Shown piece after piece: positions 17,012 to 27,927 of a stretch of DNA of 64,000 nt (the stretch's first letter is position 1; each line of letters begins with the position of its first letter). Origin of the DNA: Clostridia bacterium (GTDB lineage Bacteria; Bacillota; Clostridia; Oscillospirales; CAG-272); contig JAFQDC010000072.1 in assembly GCA_017416205.1 (NCBI GenBank), positions 1,874-65,873 of the forward strand, read 5' to 3'. The translations under genes and the position numbers were made by a program. The notes under the pieces are model-generated. The model was given only the letters and a program-made list of their open reading frames with translations. It was not told the origin of the DNA and made no database searches.

Positions 17012-17445
17012 AAATCGAAATAATACAAAACGAAAATATCACCGAAACGGAAATTACCATAAAGGCAAAGGTTTTAGATGAAGAGCTGTCGGAGATCATC
17101 GCATGCCTTTCGCTTATAGGAAATACCGTTGCGGGGGCGCGTGACGGGGTGGTAAGCTTTATTCCCCTGCGCGAGATACTTTACTTTGAATCGGTAGACA
17201 ATAAGACGTTTTTCTATACCAAGGACGAGGTGTACGAGACAAAGGCAAAACTTTACGAGCTTTCAGAAAAGCTTTCCGACACGTCTTTTGTGAGAATTTC
17301 AAAATCAACCATTGCCAACCTGAAAAAACTGAAAAGCATTAAAAGAGCAAAAGGCTCCCGACTTGAGGCAGACCTTATAAACGGAGAAAAGCTTTTGGTT
17401 TCAAGACAGTACGTAAACGATATCAAAAACAAATTGGGGGTATAG
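17008..17445 (+). CDS. LytTR-family DNA-binding protein (no receiver domain)
   Basis: LytTR signature (IPLREILYFESVDNKTFFYT..FVRISKSTIANLKKLKSI..LLVSRQY). GTG start overlaps the upstream stop (GTGA). Confidence 0.85.
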   Translation: MKIEIIQNENITETEITIKAKVLDEELSEIIACLSLIGNTVAGARDGVVSFIPLREILYFESVDNKTFFYTKDEVYETKAKLYELSEKLSDTSFVRISKSTIANLKKLKSIKRAKGSRLEADLINGEKLLVSRQYVNDIKNKLGV

Positions 17446-17447
17446 AT

Positions 17448-17891
17448 ATGAAAAAGAAAGTTAAAAATATGCTGATAAGTCTTGCAGGGGGACTTGCTGT
17501 AATAAACCTGTTCTATATCTTTTATGCTTTGGTTCAAAAAGAAGCTCTGGAAATCAATTTTCTTTATGCCATGGATCTTGTAGTCATCGTTTCTTCTGTA
17601 ATTGCAGGACTGCTTTTGAAAGAAGGAGTTGCTCCCTTTGAAAAATGGGTGCGCAGAGGCGTGATAATGCTTTCAGTATGTATCATAACACCTTTGTCAT
17701 TTCTTCTTTGCGGATGTCTTGAGCGTTCCTGCGGACACACAGATTATAGCCTTATATTCAAAATATTCTTTACCTGCACTCCCGCTGTGATATGCTATTC
17801 TGTTTTAGCGTTTTTGATTGGAGATATGCTTGAAAAAAAGCATCTTGAAAAAATAAACAAAAAACTTTCCGAGAATACAGGAGAGGAATAA
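17448..17891 (+). CDS. Small 4-TM membrane protein (DUF3021-like partner of LytTR regulators)
   Basis: 147 aa with four hydrophobic helices, directly downstream of the LytTR gene, which is the position typical of DUF3021 partners. Confidence 0.6.
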   Translation: MKKKVKNMLISLAGGLAVINLFYIFYALVQKEALEINFLYAMDLVVIVSSVIAGLLLKEGVAPFEKWVRRGVIMLSVCIITPLSFLLCGCLERSCGHTDYSLIFKIFFTCTPAVICYSVLAFLIGDMLEKKHLEKINKKLSENTGEE

Positions 17892-17910
17892 AAATAAGAG
17901 TGGATCATCC

Positions 17911-18113
17911 GTAGGGGAGCACTGTGTGCTCCCGTTTGCAAACATACATTTCAAATAATACAATATGTCAACAAGGAAAAGAAAAATATATTGTAGGGAC
18001 AGTCGAGGACGCCTGTCCCTACAACTACGTGTATCGTCGAACTTTCGTCTGTACATCAAATTACGGTTTGTATCGTGTGCAAATGTGTGGGAGCGGCAAT
18101 CAGCTCCCCTACA
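17911..18113. repeat. GTAG-capped nested-hairpin element, copy B
   Basis: Outer gtaggggagcactgtgtgctcccg ... gggagcggcaatcagctcccctaca. Inner perfect hairpin at 17992-18023, tgtagggacag-tcgaggacgc-ctgtccctaca. Confidence 0.75.
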
Positions 18114-18185
18114 ATCAGACCGCTCGATCACCGTACAAATTTGAGTATCTTAAGATACAAATGATAAAGGAAAAATCATAATGAA

Positions 18186-18260
18186 GAAAACCGATTCCAA
18201 CGAATCGGTTTTCAACAACAATTTTTCTCTTTTCACTCTTCATTTTTCACTCTTCACTCC
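18186..18260 (-). repeat. Purine-rich 3'UTR module, copy 1 (sense with groEL)
   Basis: Minus strand reads ggagtgaagagtgaaaaatgaagagtgaaaagagaaaaa, then the hairpin gaaaaccgattc-gttg-gaatcggttttc. Confidence 0.7.
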
Positions 18261-18300
18261 AAACACAAAAGCACTGCTTTCGCAGTGCTTTTGTGTTTGG
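18259..18300 (-). terminator. groEL terminator, 19-bp perfect stem
   Basis: ccaaacacaaaagcactgc-tttc-gcagtgcttttgtgtttgg. Confidence 0.85.
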
Positions 18301-18306
18301 GTTTTA

Positions 18307-20249
<1,943 letters not shown>

Positions 20250-20300
20250 GATGTACCTCCTGTATATTGGTGCTTTTGCACATTTTTAACGTATTTGTCG

Positions 20301-20327
20301 TTAGCACTCAAAACGCTCAAGTGCTAA
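20301..20327. promoter_or_regulatory. CIRCE operator (HrcA binding site)
   Basis: TTAGCACTC-aaaacgctc-AAGTGCTAA, one mismatch to TTAGCACTC-N9-GAGTGCTAA. Sits between the promoter and groES. Confidence 0.9.
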
Positions 20328-20337
20328 GCATGACTAT

Positions 20338-20366
20338 ATTGTAGTCACGCAGAATGGAAAAGTCAA
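20338..20366 (-). promoter_or_regulatory. groESL sigma-A promoter
   Basis: Minus strand reads TTGACT, a 17-nt spacer, then TACAAT, immediately upstream of CIRCE. Confidence 0.75.
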
Positions 20367-20837
20367 CCCCTAAATCCACACTTTAACATTTAATTCATAA
20401 CTTATTTTTCTGCATTCTCCGAGTGCGAGTGCTAAAGGTGGGGGGACAAGGAAAAGAATATGGTGCTTTTTGAGAAAAGCTGATGCCTCCACCTCTCAGA
20501 CGCTTGTGGCTGTGAGGGGGAGGTGGCATCGGTGCAAGATTAATACTTATAAAGGATAAGTTTCGGCACCGATGACGGAAGGGGTGCTTTATCTGCACGA
20601 TATCTTGATTCACAGTCCAATTCCAACCCTTCCACCGCCCCGACATAGATTTCAAAGAGTTTGAAGTTTATATTTCGCGGCGGTCCCCCTCCCCTTCACA
20701 CGCATTCGTTTGAAATTACAGAATTTATAAATTCTTTTGAGGCGTGAGAAGGGGAGGCACAGTGTTTTGTATACTGTTTATTTGAAACTTTGTGGTATAC
20801 TTCGTGCTTTTGAAGAAGCACGAGATAAAAATGCGGA

Positions 20838-22163
20838 TCAATTAAACGCTTCTCCGACTGCGGACATCTGCTCTTCTGTTACCTGCCAACCAAAGCTGAT
20901 CTCTACGATCTTGTTATCATAACAGAGGATATATTTGTTTTTCTGAGTATCTCCGTCATACAAAACGTAGGCTTCGTCTGCAAAGAAAGCTCCCGCATCT
21001 GTATTTTCGTAACGCTCGCCGCTATAGCCGAAAAGATTGATATCATCAAGCAGTTCCTTTAAGCAAACGTCATATAATGCTTCGGCTTTTGCTGTGACGA
21101 TCATATAGCTCAGATGAGAGCTGCTGCTTGCGCTCGTTTCATTGTAATCATACTGTGATACGAAGAAGGATTCATCAAAAAACGCTTCGCTTTCCTGCTT
21201 TTCGCTGTCAACGGTTATGAGGTCCTGTGCTGAGAGGGGAGGTTCCGGTGTGTTTTTGTGGATGCTGTCCGTTGAAAGAGTCAATAATGCAACGAGGATA
21301 AGGGTCAGTGCCGTAAGAATTATCGAGGAAATAACGGCGGTGCATATGGTAAGAATGAGATTTAATTTAGCCGATGCTTTCAGTTTCTTCAACAGTTTAT
21401 GTATACCGAGGGTTATGGCGAGCAAAAGGGCAATCTCAAGAAAAGTCGAGATCATTACGGTGATTGCCAAAGAAGTATTGTACATTGATGAAAGCATTAC
21501 GGTAAAGTAAAAGAATGCAAAGATCAAAACAACGATCACCGATGCAGTATTAGTACCCCTGATGCTACTGTAGCTTCCGTAGGTCTCGGCTTCACGGCTG
21601 GCTTTTTTGTGCCATATTAGATACGTGACCAGCTCTTTTATATAAAAGGCAGTCAAAAAAGGATAAAATACGAATGTGCCCAGCTCAACATTATTTGAGA
21701 GAACGGTTATGGGACTGATAAAAAGCTTCAGTAGTGCCATGCCGAGCTGAAAAAAGCCCAATATTATCCAGAGTATCCATACGGGATAAAAGCTTTTCTT
21801 TACTGATTTGTGGATAGACTGTATTTCGAGAACGGGATCAGTTTCTATGGGAGTGGCATTCTCAAGCTCTGTACAAAAGATCTGCATCTGTGCATTGCTC
21901 GTTACCAGATACCATCCCGAATAGCTGCACAGCTCGTAATATGCTTCCTGATCCGCTGAGGGGGCAGGGTCATAGGCAGAAGCTTTTGCAAAATAATTAA
22001 CGGAGTAGGTAAGCTTTTTAGGCTCACCTTTTCTGAATTTCCATCCGAAGCCTTCTGTTTTTTCAAGAAACCATCCGCTGAGAGCCTTATCTTCCAGATA
22101 TTTTTCTATCTGTTCTTTGGCATAGAACTTGAATAAAGGGAAAAACCGCTTTTTGTTTTTCAT
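20838..22163 (-). CDS. DUF2812-like membrane protein (PadR-associated)
   Basis: N-terminus FYAKEQIEKYLEDKALSGWFLEKTEGFGWKFRKGEPKKLTY is typical of DUF2812. 6 TM segments. Start overlaps the PadR stop. Confidence 0.7.
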   Translation of the reverse strand: MKNKKRFFPLFKFYAKEQIEKYLEDKALSGWFLEKTEGFGWKFRKGEPKKLTYSVNYFAKASAYDPAPSADQEAYYELCSYSGWYLVTSNAQMQIFCTELENATPIETDPVLEIQSIHKSVKKSFYPVWILWIILGFFQLGMALLKLFISPITVLSNNVELGTFVFYPFLTAFYIKELVTYLIWHKKASREAETYGSYSSIRGTNTASVIVVLIFAFFYFTVMLSSMYNTSLAITVMISTFLEIALLLAITLGIHKLLKKLKASAKLNLILTICTAVISSIILTALTLILVALLTLSTDSIHKNTPEPPLSAQDLITVDSEKQESEAFFDESFFVSQYDYNETSASSSSHLSYMIVTAKAEALYDVCLKELLDDINLFGYSGERYENTDAGAFFADEAYVLYDGDTQKNKYILCYDNKIVEISFGWQVTEEQMSAVGEAFN

Positions 22164-22483
22164 TCTTCTCTGTCCTTTCTCATCATATTTTCATAGTCGC
22201 GTGCCTGTGAGGAAATTCTCAGGTATTCCTTTTCAAGGAAATCAGCTCCCGCTTTTGTAATAATATAGCTACGGCGTCTGCCCTCTACCTTTGTTTCGCG
22301 AATGAATCCCTCGCCCAGAAACTGCTCGAGCAGATTATATAAAGTTCCCGAGCCGATGTGCACGCGTCCCTCTGTCATCAGGGGGACTTTATCTAAAATA
22401 TCCATTCCGTAGCACTCAGTTTTGAGACAGAGCAGTATATAGAACATCTGCTCCGTCAATGTTTTGAATTTTTCTCGCGGCAT
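22160..22483 (-). CDS. PadR-family transcriptional regulator
   Basis: ATG at 22483 with SD aaggagg. MFYILLCL..YGMDILDKV..GSGTLYNLLEQF..G is a PadR winged helix. Confidence 0.85.
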   Translation of the reverse strand: MPREKFKTLTEQMFYILLCLKTECYGMDILDKVPLMTEGRVHIGSGTLYNLLEQFLGEGFIRETKVEGRRRSYIITKAGADFLEKEYLRISSQARDYENMMRKDREE

Positions 22484-22495
22484 ATATACCTCCTT

Positions 22496-22547
22496 ATTCT
22501 CGAATATCGAGAATTCTGTATATATTATATTCTCGAATATCGAGAAT
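22496..22547. promoter_or_regulatory. Two identical 19-nt dyad operators ATTCTCGA-ATA-TCGAGAAT
   Basis: Copies at 22496-22514 and 22529-22547, start-to-start 33 nt, in the PadR/XRE divergent promoter region. Confidence 0.65.
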
Positions 22548-22679
22548 GTCAATAGAAATATATATTTTTCTTTTGTGTAAGCCTTTGTCAAGCACTGCTT
22601 GACAGGTGCAAAAGCGGCTTACTTGATTTTTGGGAGGTCATATGATAGTATAAAGTCAAGAAAAAACAAGGAGATTTTT

Positions 22680-24125
22680 ATGGAGATCGGCGAAAGAATA
22701 CTTGCTATAAGAAAAGAGAAGGGACTTTCTCAGGTAGAGCTTGCAAAAATGCTTTTGGTAAGCAGGCAAACTATCAGTCAATGGGAAACGGGCCAGACTG
22801 TTCCTTCTCTCGATAATATATACCGCCTCAGAGATATTCTGGGTATCAGCTTTGATGATCTTATGACAGCTGAAGGAAAGGACGATACTGAGGACAAAGC
22901 GCTGGAAGAATATTCATTTGCCTTTGACAAAAAGGATGCCAAAGAGGCAGATAGCATAGTATGGTCAAAGCAGTTATCGAAGGCAATACGCTTTGCCGTT
23001 ATCAGTGCTGCTTTATTTTTGGCAACTACGTTGTTTGTTATTTTTGGAAAGGATAACAGTACTTATTTTCTTATGGGAGCGACTATGGGAGCGACGGCGA
23101 TTCTTGCATTGATTGCTTTCGTAACGCTAATACGCACGGTTTCACTGAAAAGGACGTCTTTGAAAAATGCAATAGCAGGGTTTTCTGCAAGAGTCTACAA
23201 ATATGAGGTGTATGAAGATAAGATAGTTGTTACCATATATGTGGAGGGGGTGAAATCAAGAATTCTCACCGTAAGAAAAGATGAGATAAACTCTTTTTGG
23301 GAAACTGAGAATTTAATACTTATTGTTGTTGCTCAGCATTATTATTTATTAAAGAAATCGGAGATTTCGGAAAATTCAGCATTATACGGTTTTTTGGCAA
23401 CCGGATCATCGAGAAATTTACGTCGGGAGATTGAGACAGAGCCCTTATACCAAAAGGTTATATCTGTGATTTTATTTATTGCATCACTGGTTATGCCCTA
23501 TGTTTATTTGTTTGCCATTTCAGTTATTACAGACAATAATACGGGCACGCACATGATAAAATACATGTGGACAGGTTATCTGTTTGCACTTATCCCTCTT
23601 GCATCGATAATTTTCGGTATCATACAACGCAAAAATAAGATACACAATGTTAAGAACATTGTTGCGGGAGCAATAGTGTTCGTTATCCTTTGCCTATTCG
23701 GAAGCTTTACGTTTATATTCAGTGAAGTGTACGATTACGACTATTCCGTTATTACGTCTTTGGAGGAGGAGCTTGATATAGATCTTCCAAATAGCGGCGA
23801 TATATCTACGGTAGTGGACTCAGACGGTGTATACCAAATGAGTAATGTAGTCTTTTCGAATGATGAATCTGCAATATTTGAAAAGAAGCTTTATAACGAT
23901 AAAAGATGGCAGACAGAGCTATCCACTCCTTTGCAGGGATGCCTCCATCCGAGTGTGGTCGGAATGAAATATGATTATTATCTCATATATAACTGTGATA
24001 CCGAAGGCTTCAATTCCATTCCTGAATCATCGGGAGAATATGAATTGATATTTTTGGGATACAGCTGCAAGCAAAACAGACTTGATGTTATAGAGTATTC
24101 AAAAGAAATAGTTGCAGAAAAATGA
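22680..24125 (+). CDS. XRE-family HTH protein fused to a multi-pass membrane region and a C-terminal extracytoplasmic domain
   Basis: ATG at 22680 with SD aaggag. HTH LSQVELAKMLLVSRQTISQWETG. At least 6 TM segments. Confidence 0.75.
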   Translation: MEIGERILAIRKEKGLSQVELAKMLLVSRQTISQWETGQTVPSLDNIYRLRDILGISFDDLMTAEGKDDTEDKALEEYSFAFDKKDAKEADSIVWSKQLSKAIRFAVISAALFLATTLFVIFGKDNSTYFLMGATMGATAILALIAFVTLIRTVSLKRTSLKNAIAGFSARVYKYEVYEDKIVVTIYVEGVKSRILTVRKDEINSFWETENLILIVVAQHYYLLKKSEISENSALYGFLATGSSRNLRREIETEPLYQKVISVILFIASLVMPYVYLFAISVITDNNTGTHMIKYMWTGYLFALIPLASIIFGIIQRKNKIHNVKNIVAGAIVFVILCLFGSFTFIFSEVYDYDYSVITSLEEELDIDLPNSGDISTVVDSDGVYQMSNVVFSNDESAIFEKKLYNDKRWQTELSTPLQGCLHPSVVGMKYDYYLIYNCDTEGFNSIPESSGEYELIFLGYSCKQNRLDVIEYSKEIVAEK

Positions 24126-24246
24126 ATAATGTATAAATCAAAAGGCTTGGGGGTAATTAATTGTCCCTGAGCTTTTTTGTGACTTTCCCCGTAATCAAAT
24201 CCCCGGGAGATCAATATAATTTTGTATATTGATAATTGGAGACCAT

Positions 24247-25551
24247 ATGGAATTAATAAACACATATCTTTCGGGATTTATTATGCCCTTTCTTTTAATG
24301 GGGTGCGGCATATATCTTGGGGCAAAGCTTCGGTTTTTCTATATCCTTCACCCTCTGAAAACACTCAGAACGATTGGTGAAAGCGGACGGGGCGGCGGTG
24401 TTTCACCCTTTCGCGCTTTGAGTCAGGCTCTTGCGGGAACGTTGGGGGTCGGAAACATGACGGGAGTTGCTACCGCCATATGCTGTGGCGGGGCAGGGGC
24501 GGTCTTCTGGATGTGGATGTCGGCTCTTCTTGCAATGAGCGTGAAATATTTCGAGGTCTATCTTGCGGTGAAGTGCAGGCGGCGTGGGGCTGACGGATAC
24601 TTTGGCGGCGCAATGTATTACATAAAGGATATTTTTTCAAAAAGTTTCCCAAAGGCTGCCCCCGTACTCGGGGGATGCTTTGCCGTTCTTTGCATAACAA
24701 ATTCCGTACTTACGGGAAATATCATTCAGGTAAACTCTGCGGCAGGTGCTTTTCCGAAAATACATCCGCTGTTCATAGGCGCCTCTGTGGCGGCTTTTGT
24801 TCTTCCTGCAGCTCTCGGCAAGGGAAAAAGAATATCGGGAGTTACCTTTGCGCTTATTCCGATACTCACCGTTTTTTACACAGGTGCTTCTCTCTTTGTC
24901 ATAGCACCAAATATTTCCCGCATCCCCGAGGTGATGGGGGAGATAATCAAGGGCGCGTTTTCTCTCAAAAGCGCAGGAGGCGGTGTGGGGGGATATATGA
25001 TAATGCGGGCGATACGATTTGGCACCACGAGAGGGATATTTTCAAACGAAGCGGGAAGCGGTACGTCCCCCACGGCACATGCGGAGGCTGATACGAAAAG
25101 TCCCCATCATCAGGGGTGCCTCGGCATTTTCGAGGTCTTTTGCGACACTATCCTCCTTTGCACCATGACTGCCTTTGTGATACTTCTTTCCGACGGCACG
25201 AAGAAGGGGCTTTCGGGCATCGGCCTTACACTTTACGCCTTTTCCTCGCAGGCGGGACGGGTCGTGGGGCTCCTTGTGGGCGTTTCGGTGATACTTTTTG
25301 CTTACGCTACGGTCATATGCCAGATAAGCTACGGCGCCGTGGCTCTCAGGTCTCTTACCAAAAGAAGGGGAGCGTTCTATGCTTATATCCTTCTGAGTGT
25401 AGGCGCAACCATAGTGGGCAGCGTCATGGGAGAGGGAATAATGTGGCAGGCAGCAGACCTTGTCATATCCCTGATGACCGCGCTGAATACTCTTTGTCTT
25501 TTGTGGTGGGCGATTAATTCAAAGGGGAGCGTTATGGCTACGAAAGAATGA
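24247..25551 (+). CDS. Alanine/glycine:cation symporter (AGCS family)
   Basis: SPFRALSQALAGTLGVGNMTGVATAI and NEAGSGTSP motifs, 10-11 TM segments. Confidence 0.85.
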   Translation: MELINTYLSGFIMPFLLMGCGIYLGAKLRFFYILHPLKTLRTIGESGRGGGVSPFRALSQALAGTLGVGNMTGVATAICCGGAGAVFWMWMSALLAMSVKYFEVYLAVKCRRRGADGYFGGAMYYIKDIFSKSFPKAAPVLGGCFAVLCITNSVLTGNIIQVNSAAGAFPKIHPLFIGASVAAFVLPAALGKGKRISGVTFALIPILTVFYTGASLFVIAPNISRIPEVMGEIIKGAFSLKSAGGGVGGYMIMRAIRFGTTRGIFSNEAGSGTSPTAHAEADTKSPHHQGCLGIFEVFCDTILLCTMTAFVILLSDGTKKGLSGIGLTLYAFSSQAGRVVGLLVGVSVILFAYATVICQISYGAVALRSLTKRRGAFYAYILLSVGATIVGSVMGEGIMWQAADLVISLMTALNTLCLLWWAINSKGSVMATKE

Positions 25552-25567
25552 TGCGACCCGACAAAGA

Positions 25568-25637
25568 CCTTCCCCCGCAGATCGGGGGAAGGTGCCGAGG
25601 AATGAGTCGGATGAGGGTTGCTATCCAGGAGAGAACC
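25568..25637 (+). repeat. Left end of the multi-hairpin element: P1 hairpin plus gatgagggttgc box
   Basis: P1 at 25568-25592, ccttcccccg-cagat-cgggggaagg. Box at 25609-25637, ggatgagggttgctatccaggagagaacc. Confidence 0.8.
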
Positions 25638-25783
25638 GAACGTGAGAATTAAGTGCCAAATAATACAACTGTCTCGCTTAGTCCTGATAACCGAAGAAGA
25701 TGTTTACGTAAATGAATTTTTCTGATATACTGAGTACAGAAAACAGATGCGCATCCGTTTCACTCAGAGAAAGGAATGATTTT

Positions 25784-26914
25784 ATGTTAACATTCGGACA
25801 AAGACTGAAGCTCATAAGAAAAGAGGCGGGCCTTACTCAGTTAGAGCTTGCGGAACAGCTTATGGTAAATGTGCAGACGGTCTCGAAATGGGAATGTGAT
25901 ACTTCTATGCCTGATATTTCCCAGATAGTACCGTTGGCGGCTATTCTTGACGTTACGACGGACAGCCTCTTGGGAGTTGGAACAAACGAAAAGGCAGACA
26001 GAGAAAAGCTTATTGAACAGATAAACGGTCTCGGCTGGACTTATAATTGTCAGACATACGAGAATAACGCTGACTATAAAGCGTACGAGTTGTATAAGAG
26101 TTATATTAAAAAATACCCTCTTGATTATTGGGGAAAATTTCACTGTTCACAGTTTATTCTTTCGTATATAAGCAACAGTAACGGCGGAGAAAAATATAAG
26201 ATCCCTTCGAATGAAGAAAGTGAACTTTATAATGAGGGACAAAGACTTTTGCAGACAATAATCAGTCAGGACAAGGATCCGCAAAGATTGATATACGCAA
26301 GAAGATTGCTTGTAGATTACCATCTCTATAAGGACGAATATACCAAAGCGGAAGCAGTTGCGATGGAGATTCCCGACATATATGATCTGAGAAGGTCAAA
26401 GGTTCTTGAAATCAATAATAAGAAGAAAAATTATGAGAGATGCCTCACTATTGCCAAGGCTAATATGAACTTATTTGCAGATGCATATCTCAACTGTCTG
26501 GAGACATGGGCAAGGCGTATCTCTATACTCGGCAATGTCAGAAAAAAGGAAGCTATAGACGCATGGCTCTATTATGAAGAAACCGCAAGACTTGTGTATA
26601 AGCTTGAAAAGACATTTTCTGCTTACCGTGTTGTAATTCTTGCTATGTGCCACCGTTCCAATGACTATATAGCGATATCAGATTTTGAAAATGCGATGGC
26701 GGTTATTGAGGGCATCCGCGATTTTGCTATACAGCATTATAAATGGGTAAAAGAAAATGGTGAACGTATGGAAAATGAACTGGGTGAAATAAAGGAATTA
26801 ACACAAAACACTTTAAAGAGAAGTTATTTCCTATCCCTTGGTGAACCCGATAATATTATCGATCGCGATCCCCGTTTCAGAAAGTGTCAGGAAGATATAG
26901 AAGCACTTAATTGA
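25784..26914 (+). CDS. XRE-family HTH regulator with a roughly 300-aa helical-repeat (TPR-like) C-terminal domain
   Basis: HTH LTQLELAEQLMVNVQTVSKWECD, then a long all-helical repeat region. Size and layout resemble RRNPP-type regulators (inference). Confidence 0.7.
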   Translation: MLTFGQRLKLIRKEAGLTQLELAEQLMVNVQTVSKWECDTSMPDISQIVPLAAILDVTTDSLLGVGTNEKADREKLIEQINGLGWTYNCQTYENNADYKAYELYKSYIKKYPLDYWGKFHCSQFILSYISNSNGGEKYKIPSNEESELYNEGQRLLQTIISQDKDPQRLIYARRLLVDYHLYKDEYTKAEAVAMEIPDIYDLRRSKVLEINNKKKNYERCLTIAKANMNLFADAYLNCLETWARRISILGNVRKKEAIDAWLYYEETARLVYKLEKTFSAYRVVILAMCHRSNDYIAISDFENAMAVIEGIRDFAIQHYKWVKENGERMENELGEIKELTQNTLKRSYFLSLGEPDNIIDRDPRFRKCQEDIEALN

Positions 26915-26924
26915 TGGAGGTAAT

Positions 26925-27335
26925 ATGAATTCTGATTTCTATAACGCTTTTAAAAAAGATTCTGTAGTCATAAATGCTACAGAGACTTGCGAGGAGCGGC
27001 AATTCGAGTATAAAGGTAAACCCTATATTGTGGCAAATACAATGAAATTTGCTGACCGCCATACAGTTATAAAGTGTGAGAAAGAGCAGATAATATGGGA
27101 ACAGATCATCCCGTTGGGTATACGGCCTGTCAGTGAAGAAAAAGTAATAATAAAAACGTCTTTTGCCAAAGGCAATGCAAGAGGAATATTTGTCATATCC
27201 GGAGAACCGCTCAGGATTGAAGGGCTTGACGATGGCTGCTGTATTTCTCCATTGCGTGCGACGGAAAGTGACAGAGATATTTATGTGTTAACAGCTTCTT
27301 CGTTTAAACGGTTTGATCCTGAACAAACACCGTGA
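26925..27335 (+). CDS. Hypothetical protein (136 aa)
   Basis: ORF 10 nt after the XRE-TPR stop, with SD ggaggt. No recognisable motif. Confidence 0.5.
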   Translation: MNSDFYNAFKKDSVVINATETCEERQFEYKGKPYIVANTMKFADRHTVIKCEKEQIIWEQIIPLGIRPVSEEKVIIKTSFAKGNARGIFVISGEPLRIEGLDDGCCISPLRATESDRDIYVLTASSFKRFDPEQTP

Positions 27336-27347
27336 AAGGATATTTGT

Positions 27348-27830
27348 ATGTTTTTTCGAGTGCCGCTGTCACGGGATTTTGACTATTATTTCGGGAAAGT
27401 GGATAAGCATATAGACGAGGATTTTGAATACAAGCTCCCGGATTACGGTAAAAGACCGTTTCGACCCCGAGGGTTTCATTTTGCAAGAAAAGGGAATTGG
27501 ATAACGGGTATATATAGATTAAGATTCCTCAGAGGAGCAGATAAGATCATCGAGGGCTCGCTTTTTTCATCATCAACACATATGCGATATATTGCGCGAA
27601 TGAAAACAGATAAGAATGGTCAAAATACACTTTGGGTTTTTGTCTATCCTCAACTTGTGCAGTCATTTCTCCTTGTGACGTCAGCTTTGATTTCAATTTC
27701 GTTAGTGAAAGGCTTTTTTAAGACTTATATATTTGTTATATTTTTTGCACTGATGTTTATCTATACGTTAATTGAGATCGTAAAACAGTCAGTTTACGTA
27801 AAGAGTAAGTTTTTTGAATTTTTTGATTGA
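27348..27830 (+). CDS. Hypothetical protein with two C-terminal TM helices
   Basis: Same-strand ORF with a C-terminal hydrophobic pair. No recognisable motif. Confidence 0.5.
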   Translation: MFFRVPLSRDFDYYFGKVDKHIDEDFEYKLPDYGKRPFRPRGFHFARKGNWITGIYRLRFLRGADKIIEGSLFSSSTHMRYIARMKTDKNGQNTLWVFVYPQLVQSFLLVTSALISISLVKGFFKTYIFVIFFALMFIYTLIEIVKQSVYVKSKFFEFFD

Positions 27831-27868
27831 CGGAATAGTTGATCTCTTTAATTACATAAAAAAACGGC

Positions 27869-27901
27869 TATCATTTTGATAGTCGTTTTTTATACCATCA
27901 A
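27869..27901 (+). terminator. Rho-independent terminator of the cargo operon
   Basis: aaaaaacggctatc-atttt-gatagtcg followed by tttttt. Confidence 0.65.
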
Positions 27902-27927
27902 ATATGCTTTAACTTGATCTATAGACA

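Noticed and set aside
20427-20435. Second CIRCE half-site (gagtgctaa) about 100 nt upstream of the groESL promoter
   Set aside because: No matching ttagcactc partner lies at N9 distance, so it is an isolated half-site only.
20395-20655. 86-aa ORF in the groES upstream region
   Set aside because: It lies within hairpin-rich repeat DNA, has a Pro/Gly/Arg low-complexity translation and has no SD. It is treated as non-coding.
22599-22679. Longer N-terminal extensions offered by the ORF track (22599, 25712, 9235, 16382, 40744, 42071, 51449, 59001, 61560, 22591 and others)
   Set aside because: In each case an internal ATG preceded by a good Shine-Dalgarno sequence coincides with the start of the recognisable domain. 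The upstream extension runs through promoter, repeat or the preceding gene.
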